A DNA stretch of 47,162 bases from Planctomycetota bacterium (lineage in GTDB: Bacteria; Planctomycetota; Planctomycetia; Pirellulales; UBA7805). Below the pieces are notes generated by a model. The model searched no databases and had not been told where the DNA came from. It saw only the letters and a program-made list of their open reading frames with translations. The position numbers and the translations under genes were made by a program. Where the stretch lies: contig JABABY010000001.1 in the NCBI GenBank assembly GCA_014237955.1, forward strand, positions 1-47,162, written 5' to 3'. This document shows positions 28,501 to 36,578 of the stretch, in pieces. Every line of letters starts with the position of its first letter. The stretch's first letter is position 1.

Positions 28501-30410
28501 GTTCCATTCCGTCTGCTTTTTTGGGTTTGCTTGGCCCGCTCATCAATCCGGATGGCTGAGAGCGGATGCAGATTCTGGCTGTTGCTATAGAATCCCTTCA
28601 CGTAGGGCTTGACCAAATTAATACTCATATAGAAATAAATTGGTACAACAGGAAGTTCTCCCATGAGCAGTTCCTCCGCATTGTGCAGTATTTGCATGCG
28701 TCGCTCGGCATCCGGCTCCTCGGTGGCCTTGAAAATCAACGCGTCAAACTGCCGGTTGCCCCAACCGGTCTCATTTTGTACCCCCCCCGTTACAAAAAGA
28801 TCCAGAAATGTATTTGGGTCCGGATAATCACCAATCCAACCGGCCCGGGCCACATCGTATTCCATTTTCCGCGTTGTTGCCAAATATGTCTGCCATTCCA
28901 AATTTCGCAAGCGGACATCGACCCCCAACTTCTGCCAATCCTGTTGGATCGCTTCGGCAATTTTTCGATGGCCGTCGGATGTGTTAAACAGAATCTCGAT
29001 CGTCCGCATGCCCCGACCGCCCGGGTAGCCTGCCTGGGCCAGAAGCTTACGTGCCGATGCAACGTTGTAGCTATCCGCTCTAGCGGACGTGTACCCCGGC
29101 AGGCCTGGCGGGACAATACTGTAGGCAGGCTGCTGGCCAGCGCGAAGGATGAAATTACATATGCGTTCCCGGTCAATAGCGAGGCTCAGTGCCTGACGAA
29201 CCAGCGGGTTATCCAACGGTTTTCGGGTCACATTGATCCTATAGAAGTAACTCGAGAGCGACGACATGGAGTGGTAGTCCTCGCGGTTTTTGAGTTTAGG
29301 AATCACATCACCGGGAGGAGACGGCATCCAGTCCACATCGCCGTCAAGATACATATTCAGACCGGTGGTGCTCGACTCAACGGCCAAGGCATCTACCGTT
29401 TCGAGCTTCACAACATCCGCATTCCAATACTGTTTGTTTTTTTCTAAACGGATACGGTCTCGAAGGCGGCGAAATTTGATCCGAAACGGTCCGTTCACAA
29501 CCAGGTTTTCCGGTCGAATCCATCCGGGGTAGCCATACTTCTCCAAACAAGACCGATTGATAGGAAAGGTGACATAGAACTGCATCAAGTAAAGAAAATA
29601 GGGGGTCGGATTCTTTAACTCGACCTTCAGAGTATGTGGATCGACTACTTTGATCCCAACCTCATCAAAATCCAACAGTACAGAAAGGCACTTTTCGACA
29701 TCGGATGGAGCATCCGAGCTCTGAGAGAATTTTCGCTGCTTTCCTGCGATCTCGAGGTGATAGACCCATTGTCGTTTCCAGGCAATCTTCTCAGCGGCCG
29801 CCTCCTCTTCTGTAACCTGCCCCGCCAGTTCAGGCTGCTTGGGTTTATCAATTGCCAAAAGGCGACCGTAGAGCATGGTACCCCGAGGGAATAACTGACC
29901 CGGTCGTAGGCGATCGGGGAGTTCCACCTCTACGCGATCCCCTATTTCAACCGTTCCAGAATGATATTTTTCTGCATTGACGATGTAGGCAGAGAGAACG
30001 AAGTGGTATTGTGACCCTGTCCCGGGGTGCAAAAGACGCTGCCACGACCAACGAAAGTCTTCCGCCGTTACGGGAGTGCCATCGGACCAGAATGCACCAC
30101 GACGAAGAGGAAAGGTGTAGGTTTTTCCATGATTCGAAATAATATCTGCTGCATTTGCAGTGGTTGCTATCCCTGGCTGTGGCTGGAGGGTTTTTGGATC
30201 AGGGCGGTAAAGGCCCTCAAAAACTGCATGGATCATGCGACCTTCCGGAGCACCTGTTACCTGCGCCGGGTCAATCGATTTTACCTCCGTACCGTTATTG
30301 AACGTAAAATCGGCCGGCGGTAATGTTCCGAAACTGGTGGCCCATAGAGTGGCACCTACCAAGAAGATAAGAGCCAGTAGCGGAAACAACTTGCGCGTTG
30401 TGGGGTGCAT
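28497..30410 (-). CDS. ABC transporter substrate-binding protein, family 5 (OppA/DppA-like, ~637 aa)
   Basis: Signal-like N-terminus (MHPTTRKLFPLLALIFLVGATLWA). Family-5 SBP blocks are present (VFEGLYRPDP, WSDGTPVTAEDF, WIGDYPDPNTFL). It is the first gene of the five-gene operon. Confidence 0.9.
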   Translation of the reverse strand: MHPTTRKLFPLLALIFLVGATLWATSFGTLPPADFTFNNGTEVKSIDPAQVTGAPEGRMIHAVFEGLYRPDPKTLQPQPGIATTANAADIISNHGKTYTFPLRRGAFWSDGTPVTAEDFRWSWQRLLHPGTGSQYHFVLSAYIVNAEKYHSGTVEIGDRVEVELPDRLRPGQLFPRGTMLYGRLLAIDKPKQPELAGQVTEEEAAAEKIAWKRQWVYHLEIAGKQRKFSQSSDAPSDVEKCLSVLLDFDEVGIKVVDPHTLKVELKNPTPYFLYLMQFYVTFPINRSCLEKYGYPGWIRPENLVVNGPFRIKFRRLRDRIRLEKNKQYWNADVVKLETVDALAVESSTTGLNMYLDGDVDWMPSPPGDVIPKLKNREDYHSMSSLSSYFYRINVTRKPLDNPLVRQALSLAIDRERICNFILRAGQQPAYSIVPPGLPGYTSARADSYNVASARKLLAQAGYPGGRGMRTIEILFNTSDGHRKIAEAIQQDWQKLGVDVRLRNLEWQTYLATTRKMEYDVARAGWIGDYPDPNTFLDLFVTGGVQNETGWGNRQFDALIFKATEEPDAERRMQILHNAEELLMGELPVVPIYFYMSINLVKPYVKGFYSNSQNLHPLSAIRIDERAKQTQKSRRNGT

Positions 30411-30771
30411 CAAGAATCCCAGCCGAATGACTCTCTACCGTCGCTGACCACGAAACGATCAATCTCGTGGCACATTCGGCAAGCTAGAAGTCTATATATG
30501 CTACGAACACTTCGACGAAACAGCAAGCACCCCCTGCCAGCACCCGATAGCACTAGCCCAAAACCGTGTTCGCAGGCCAAAGATGGAATTTTTCTCGATC
30601 TAGCCGGCACCCCATTCCCCTCTTAAAAAAATTTTACTTTCTGTGGATCAAATCATTTTCATCTCTCGCTATGGCGGTTACAATATCGGCCGACGAACGA
30701 ACAGAAGCTTATGTTGGGATCTCCGACAGGAGCCCCTGGTAAAAGGAAACTCAGAAATCTTATTGTGTGAG

Positions 30772-30807
30772 CGACCCTGGCTACCAGAACGACCATGGCT
30801 ACCAGAA
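30772..30807. repeat. 18-nt tandem duplication (CGACCCTGGCTACCAGAA / CGACCATGGCTACCAGAA)
   Basis: Read directly from the sequence. The two adjacent copies occupy 30772-30789 and 30790-30807 and differ at one base. They lie 43-94 nt upstream of the candidate starts of the ArsR-family gene. Confidence 0.9.
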
Positions 30808-30900
30808 AGCACGATGCTGATCATTTGGAATAGGCAATAGATAAATGCATTGCCACGGAAACAACCCTGGTATTATTTTTTGCTGGAAAGGAATTTGATT

Positions 30901-31383
30901 GTGACTGCAATCGCAACCAAAACGGATGGAATTGTTAACTTAAATTCTAAAGAATCAACTCAGGGCAACACTGGCTCTGGCGGAGGGGCAGAGGACGCTC
31001 GGCCCACAGATCCGGTTGGAGTGGGGCAACTCCAAGAAAAATTGGCGAAAGATCTTGTTCGGATTTTTAAGCTTCTATCAGATGAAACGCGATTGCGCAT
31101 TCTCTATAGTCTCAGTCAGACCGACGAACTCAACGTTAGATCGCTTTGTGAATTGCTACAACTAAGCCAACCCGCAGTCAGCCACCATTTAGGAATGCTG
31201 CGGAATGCAGGAATTGTTGAACCAAGACGCGATGGGAAACACAATTTTTATCGCATCTTATCTGGCAATTTTGAGCAACTTTTGATGCTGGTTTTTGACG
31301 GCATCCCGGAACCGGAGAGCGAACAATCGATTCGTTTCCATGACCTTAACCTCAATCACAATCGTCCACTGCAACCGCGCTGA
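30901..31383 (+). CDS. ArsR/SmtB-family winged-helix transcriptional regulator
   Basis: HTH block LSDETRLRILYSLSQTDELNVRSLCELLQLSQPAVSHHLGMLRNAGIVEPRRDGKHNFYRI. The GTG at 30901 is preceded by GGAAAGGA at a suitable distance. The longest ORF starts at a TTG at 30850. Confidence 0.85.
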   Translation: MTAIATKTDGIVNLNSKESTQGNTGSGGGAEDARPTDPVGVGQLQEKLAKDLVRIFKLLSDETRLRILYSLSQTDELNVRSLCELLQLSQPAVSHHLGMLRNAGIVEPRRDGKHNFYRILSGNFEQLLMLVFDGIPEPESEQSIRFHDLNLNHNRPLQPR

Positions 31384-31461
31384 AGCGATTGCGTTAGGAT
31401 GATAGTCGATGGGTCTGGCTGACTTGATACCTCTAAAAGTCACTGTCACAAATTTGAGGCC

Positions 31462-31962
31462 ATGCTCGACCCATTGCATCTGCGCCATAAACCGCCTGAG
31501 ACATTAGAGCAGTCTCGCGAGTTGATTTTGGCTTGCGCTCCGATGTGCAGCAACATTAATCTTTCTCGGATCGTCCGCATTTGTGGCTGTTGTGGCATTT
31601 CAAAAATTATTTGCTGTGGCAGCCCGCGGATCATTGAAAAAATTGCCCGGGATGGAGCAGATACCGTTGAAATTGAAATCCACCGCTCACTCGAGCCGGT
31701 CTTGAAAAAACTCCGTGCTGCTGGCTATCGTCTTGTTGGGCTTGAGCAGGCTTCATCCTCTGAGAGCTTATACGACTATCGTTTCCATCGACGGACCGCG
31801 TTGATCTTAGGCAGCGAGCGAAAGGGCCTCGAGAGTCCATTTTTGGCTTTGCTCGATGATGTTGTTGAAATCCCCGTGTATGGGTTACCTCACAGTCACA
31901 ACGTAGCTACAGCAGCCGCGATGGCGATGTATGAATACTGTCGCCAATTTCCCCGTGGGTAA
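31462..31962 (+). CDS. SpoU/TrmH-family RNA 2'-O-methyltransferase (short form, 166 aa)
   Basis: C-terminal SPOUT motifs ALILGSERKGL and VEIPVYGLPHSHNVATAAAMAMYE. Confidence 0.85.
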   Translation: MLDPLHLRHKPPETLEQSRELILACAPMCSNINLSRIVRICGCCGISKIICCGSPRIIEKIARDGADTVEIEIHRSLEPVLKKLRAAGYRLVGLEQASSSESLYDYRFHRRTALILGSERKGLESPFLALLDDVVEIPVYGLPHSHNVATAAAMAMYEYCRQFPRG

Positions 31963-32192
31963 GAGATCTCCAGCGGAAAATAGGTCGGATTGCCTCCAAA
32001 AATGCCGCGTATTGGATAGACAAGGAGCCCGCTAGATCGCTCCCATTCTTGTCATCCCTTCTTTTAGCGGATAGACTCACCGGTTTGTCCATCCGTGGCT
32101 ACGGGAAGTGATCACATCGTGCGATGCACGGTCGGATCACTACCGTTTTTCCACAACACAGGGCACATTTTCACAAACAAGGAATTTCGTGC

Positions 32193-33506
32193 GTGTCTGG
32201 AACTTGTGTGATAGGACTGCAGTGGGGTGATGAAGCCAAGGGAAAGCTTGTTGACCTTCTCACCGAGCAACACGAGATTGTGGTGCGTTATCAGGGTGGT
32301 GCAAATGCTGGCCATACCGTTGTCATCGGACCCGATACCTATAAACTTTCGCTGATTCCAAGCGGCATTCTCACGCCAGGCGTGCAGTGTGTTGTAACCG
32401 GTGGTGTGGTTATTAACCCCCCATCACTTTTGAACGAATTAGATGGCCTGACTGCCCGAGGAATCCAGATCGATGACAATCTGATGCTCAGTGACCGGGC
32501 ACATGTGATTTTTCCCTGGCACATGATCGAGGATCGCACACTCGATGAATCGACAGCCGACGGTGAGAATATTGGCACGACACAACGAGGCATCGGCCCC
32601 TGCTATCGTGACAAAGTCGGCCGTTCCTACGCCTTGAGACTGGGCGACTTATTGCGACCCACCTTGCGCGAGCGCATTGAGTACATTGTCGCCGCCAAAC
32701 AAAAAATATTGGCAACTTTTGATAATCAGACTGAAGACTCGTTGGATGCTGACCGGATTGTTCAAGAATATACAGGCTATGCGGATCGCTTACGGCCCTT
32801 TATCGGTAACACAAATAATTTCCTCCTCGATGCGGTAGAACTTGATAAACATATTCTCTTCGAGGGAGCACAGGGAGCTTTGCTGGATATTGATCACGGG
32901 ACGTTTCCGTTTGTGACCAGCAGCAACAGTTCAGGGGTCGGAGTGCCGAGCGGCTCGGGAATTCCTGGAAGCTATATGCAACGTGTGATTGGAGTGGTGA
33001 AGGCCTATACCACGCGTGTTGGCGGGGGACCATTCCCGAGCGAGCAGGACAACGATCATGGGCAACATCTCCGCGATCGCGGCAATGAATACGGAACCGT
33101 CACTGGACGACCCCGTCGCTGTGGATGGTTTGACGCAGTAGCTGCACGTTACACCACTCGCCTAAGTGGTGTAACTGAAGTCGCGGTGATGCTTCTGGAT
33201 GTACTTAGCGAATTGAAAGAAATCAAAATATGCGTTGGCTATGAAATCGAGGGACAGCGCACTGAGAGTTTTCCGAGCCATGTCGATGATCTTCGTCAAG
33301 TCAAGCCAATTTTTGAGGCCCTTCCAGGATGGCAGACCGATATTTGCGATGTGAGACGCCTTGAAGATCTCCCGGTCCATGCTCGCAATTACCTTGATCG
33401 TATCAGCATGTATATTCGCCGTCCGATCACGTATGTGTCTGTAGGCCCCGAACGCAGTCAAACGATTCAATGTCGACAGGAGCCGGTAAACTGCGAACTT
33501 GCCTGA
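32193..33506 (+). CDS. purA: Adenylosuccinate synthetase
   Basis: LQWGDEAKGKLVD, GGANAGHTV, GTTQRGIGPCYRDK and GTVTGRPRRCGW motifs. The GTG at 32193 (M-SGTCVIGLQWGDE) gives the family-typical N-terminus and follows AAGGA at a 9-nt spacing. The track ORF starts at 32124. Confidence 0.94.
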   Translation: MSGTCVIGLQWGDEAKGKLVDLLTEQHEIVVRYQGGANAGHTVVIGPDTYKLSLIPSGILTPGVQCVVTGGVVINPPSLLNELDGLTARGIQIDDNLMLSDRAHVIFPWHMIEDRTLDESTADGENIGTTQRGIGPCYRDKVGRSYALRLGDLLRPTLRERIEYIVAAKQKILATFDNQTEDSLDADRIVQEYTGYADRLRPFIGNTNNFLLDAVELDKHILFEGAQGALLDIDHGTFPFVTSSNSSGVGVPSGSGIPGSYMQRVIGVVKAYTTRVGGGPFPSEQDNDHGQHLRDRGNEYGTVTGRPRRCGWFDAVAARYTTRLSGVTEVAVMLLDVLSELKEIKICVGYEIEGQRTESFPSHVDDLRQVKPIFEALPGWQTDICDVRRLEDLPVHARNYLDRISMYIRRPITYVSVGPERSQTIQCRQEPVNCELA

Positions 33507-33553
33507 TCGCCATCAAATGTGTTTCTCAATTTGCATATTAATGCACCATCCAC

Positions 33554-34339
33554 GTGTCTGATTCATTTCCCAGTACGCCCACCAACCAGCCGACTGCCGA
33601 GATGCCAAGGGAACTTCTATCCGGCATTGATCGACACCAATGGCCCGCACACATTGCGGTCATCATGGATGGAAACGGACGGTGGGCACAGCGACAGGGC
33701 CTGCCGCGTATCGAAGGGCATCGAAGGGGTGTCGAGAGTGTGCGGCGAGTCACCGAAGAGTGCGCTCGATTAGATATCGACCAATTGACTTTGTATTGTC
33801 TCTCTAGCGAAAACTGGAAGCGGCCCCAGGCAGAGCTCGATTTCTTAATGCACCTGCTCGAACAGTACATGATCGAGGAACGCTCTACGATTATGCAGAA
33901 TAACATTCGTGTTTGCACCATTGGCCGCCGCGAGGGTATTCCGGAGACTGTCCAGCGAGAAATCGACAAAACCATTACATTGAGTGCCAATAATTGTGGA
34001 ACCCAACTTTGCTTGGCAATCAATTATGGGGGACGATGCGAACTGCTGGATGCAGTGCACAACATAGCCAGTGCGGTCCGCGACAACCGATTGCAACTCG
34101 ACGAGATCAGCGAACAGACGATCGATGCGCAACTCTATACTGCCGGAATGTCCGATCCGGATTTGTTAATTCGAACTGCCGGCGAAATGCGGATCAGCAA
34201 TTTTCTTCTCTGGCAAATCAGCTACTCGGAAATCTGGGTAACCGATCGTTGCTGGCCGGAATTCCAGGAAGATCATTTACATGAAGCAATCCGCGACTAT
34301 GCAAGCCGCGAACGACGGTTCGGTGGGCTGAGACGTTAG
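33554..34339 (+). CDS. uppS: Isoprenyl transferase / undecaprenyl-diphosphate synthase
   Basis: HIAVIMDGNGRWA, SSENWKRP and LLIRTAGEMRISNFLLWQISYSE motifs. The start is either the GTG at 33554 or the ATG at 33602. Confidence 0.94.
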   Translation: MSDSFPSTPTNQPTAEMPRELLSGIDRHQWPAHIAVIMDGNGRWAQRQGLPRIEGHRRGVESVRRVTEECARLDIDQLTLYCLSSENWKRPQAELDFLMHLLEQYMIEERSTIMQNNIRVCTIGRREGIPETVQREIDKTITLSANNCGTQLCLAINYGGRCELLDAVHNIASAVRDNRLQLDEISEQTIDAQLYTAGMSDPDLLIRTAGEMRISNFLLWQISYSEIWVTDRCWPEFQEDHLHEAIRDYASRERRFGGLRR

Positions 34340-34471
34340 TGAATCCTATGTCTCCCAGTTGTCTCTATCGACCCGAAAACACCCAACATCCTATTGTGAA
34401 TAGGACAACGGAGAGTTACGTTGAGATGCACGCAGAAAATCAATACTCTTAGGCAGATTAGATAATTAAAA

Positions 34472-35365
34472 GTGCTGCACTGGCGATTATTCCTGGGTTT
34501 CCTTCTTATTGGTGCGCTCACGCTGCTCTTTTGGGCTGACATAGGGATCGGATATCCGGGGATTTTTCTTTTCCCGATAGCATTACTGATTACACTACTC
34601 GCGGTTGGTGAAATCGTCCCACTGATAACCTTTCAGGATTTGCAGCCCGTCCGTTGGACGCTCTATGTAGGAACAACGATGGTTGTCGGGGCTACCGGTC
34701 TCCCCCACTTCTGGCCCAACTATCCTCCTCATTGCCCACTCGGAAATTTAGGATGGCCGTTATTAGCCTTTGTTTTTGCGGTGCTACTGGCAATTCTCGG
34801 AGAAGGGATCCGCTTCGCACCGGGTCGGTCCAGCAGTGTGAATCTCAGCCTGACCGTTTTTGCTATTTTCTATATCGGGATATTGATGAGTTTTGTTGTA
34901 CAACTTCGCTTCGTCGGTGGTTCCGAATGGAACGGCCTGCCTCTGATCGCAATGCTCATTGTGGTGAAATCTTGTGACATTGGAGCTTACACGGTTGGCC
35001 GATTGATCGGAAAACACAAACTGGCACCCATACTCAGTCCCGGCAAGACCATTGAGGGACTCGCTGGAGGTTTTCTCTTTGCAATCGCTGGTTCTTGGTT
35101 TGCCTGTTCAGTCCTTCCGGCATGGATCGCACCAGATCCATCCAGGTTACCGTGGTGGTGGATGATTACATTTGGACTCCTGGTGGGCAGCGCTGGAATT
35201 CTGGGGGATTTATTGGAATCCATGCTCAAACGCTGTGCACGCTGCAAAGATTCGAGTTCGTGGATGCCGGGCTTTGGTGGCATTTTGGACCTCCTCGATT
35301 CCCCCCTACTTGCAGCACCCGTTGCCTATTTGCTGTGGGTGATCTGTATGCCACGAGGGGTATGA
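34472..35365 (+). CDS. cdsA: Phosphatidate cytidylyltransferase
   Basis: Polytopic membrane protein carrying the CDS signature SPGKTIEG...GILGDLLESMLKR. It has the conserved position directly after uppS. GTG start. Confidence 0.9.
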   Translation: MLHWRLFLGFLLIGALTLLFWADIGIGYPGIFLFPIALLITLLAVGEIVPLITFQDLQPVRWTLYVGTTMVVGATGLPHFWPNYPPHCPLGNLGWPLLAFVFAVLLAILGEGIRFAPGRSSSVNLSLTVFAIFYIGILMSFVVQLRFVGGSEWNGLPLIAMLIVVKSCDIGAYTVGRLIGKHKLAPILSPGKTIEGLAGGFLFAIAGSWFACSVLPAWIAPDPSRLPWWWMITFGLLVGSAGILGDLLESMLKRCARCKDSSSWMPGFGGILDLLDSPLLAAPVAYLLWVICMPRGV

Positions 35366-35609
35366 CGACAACTTTCTAAATTTTCCCTAGAGGTTGTTTA
35401 AAGCGGCAATTACCGAAATAGGCAAAAAGGGGGTTTTTGTGAAAACCCTAAAACAATATTTACATTTCTTAACCCATTACGACAAAGTCCTTTACAACAC
35501 ACTTCCTGAACACGACTGGTCGCCAGGTGCGGCGATTATGTATAGTTGAGCTGGAGGTTAAACGTTCGCTTACTTGGCAACGGTGCTGGCTCTAGTGCCG
35601 TTTCTGTTG

Positions 35610-36578
35610 ATGTTTGAAGCAACTATTTCGGTCGTCGATCCTGAGGCTCTCATGCCACTGTTCGGCACCCAGGATCGGCATGTTCGCCGAATACGGGACT
35701 CTCTGGGGGTCTCGGTAACTGCTCGGAACGGAGCCATTCACGTTGCCGGCGATGAAAACGCTGTGCGGACAGCAACAGAGGTGCTGGAACAACTGCAACA
35801 AAGACTGCAACAGCGGGGAGCTCTTTTCCCGGACGATGTCACGGATGTCCTAAACCATATTTCAGAATCAAACTCCGTCACCTCGAATCATCCGCCCATC
35901 GCCATTCTTCCCAACACACGTCCCATCCACCCACGCACACCAGGACAACACCAGTATGTAGATGCTATTCGCAATCATGATCTAATTTTTGGTGTGGGCC
36001 CAGCAGGGACAGGAAAAACATTCCTCGCAGTCGCAATGGCTGTAGCCGCACTCAAGGAAGAAACGATTCGTAAGATTGTCTTAGTCCGGCCAGCTGTGGA
36101 AGCCGGAGAGAGCCTTGGATTTTTGCCTGGAGATATCGAAGCCAAAATCAATCCTTATCTACGTCCACTCTTAGACGCATTGAGAGAAATCATTGACTAC
36201 GAGCAATTTAAACGATACAGCGAGCAGGATGTGATTGAAGTAATTCCACTGGCGTACATGAGAGGCCGAACAATCAATAATGCCTTTATTATTCTGGATG
36301 AAGCCCAAAACGCTTCTGTGGCTCAGATGAAGATGTTCCTTACGCGGATGGGTGTCGGCTCCAAAATTGTTGTAGCTGGCGATATTACTCAAATCGATCT
36401 CCCCCACCATCAAAAAAGTGGGCTCGTTGATGCTCTTGGTCGCCTGAAAAATATAGAAGGCTTTACAAGCGTTATTTTGAAAGAGAGCGATATTGTTCGC
36501 CATCGGCTTGTACAGGACATCGTACGCGCCTATGAAGACGATGCTAGTCGGCGACGATTACGAGGCACCAAACCATGA
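35610..36578 (+). CDS. phoH: PhoH-family ATPase (YbeZ-like)
   Basis: Walker A GPAGTGKTFLAVAMAV, Walker B FIILDEAQN, and GDITQIDLP. ATG at 35610, with alternative TTG 35574 or GTG 35583. The stop overlaps the next start (ATGA). Confidence 0.93.
   Translation: MFEATISVVDPEALMPLFGTQDRHVRRIRDSLGVSVTARNGAIHVAGDENAVRTATEVLEQLQQRLQQRGALFPDDVTDVLNHISESNSVTSNHPPIAILPNTRPIHPRTPGQHQYVDAIRNHDLIFGVGPAGTGKTFLAVAMAVAALKEETIRKIVLVRPAVEAGESLGFLPGDIEAKINPYLRPLLDALREIIDYEQFKRYSEQDVIEVIPLAYMRGRTINNAFIILDEAQNASVAQMKMFLTRMGVGSKIVVAGDITQIDLPHHQKSGLVDALGRLKNIEGFTSVILKESDIVRHRLVQDIVRAYEDDASRRRLRGTKP

Noticed and set aside
28566-29447. 293-aa ORF on the plus strand, antisense to the substrate-binding protein gene
   Set aside because: It lies entirely inside a well-supported family-5 SBP gene on the other strand. 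Its translation is rich in R, C and H and has no recognisable motifs. This is typical of a stop-poor antisense frame.
30643-30840. 65-aa ORF spanning the 18-nt tandem repeat (translates as ERPWLPERPWLPE)
   Set aside because: It has a GTG start with no SD and no family signal. The repeat-encoded peptide is most simply a by-product of the DNA duplication.
30833-30854. Inverted repeat GGCAAT-N10-ATTGCC overlapping the upstream candidate start of the ArsR-family gene
   Set aside because: Inverted repeats with 6-bp arms are very frequent by chance. The repeat does not extend and does not resemble known 12-2-12 ArsR/SmtB operators.
35431-35448. Hairpin GGGTTTT-TGTG-AAAACCC downstream of cdsA
   Set aside because: The stem is weak and AT-rich and has no trailing T-run, so a terminator call cannot be justified.
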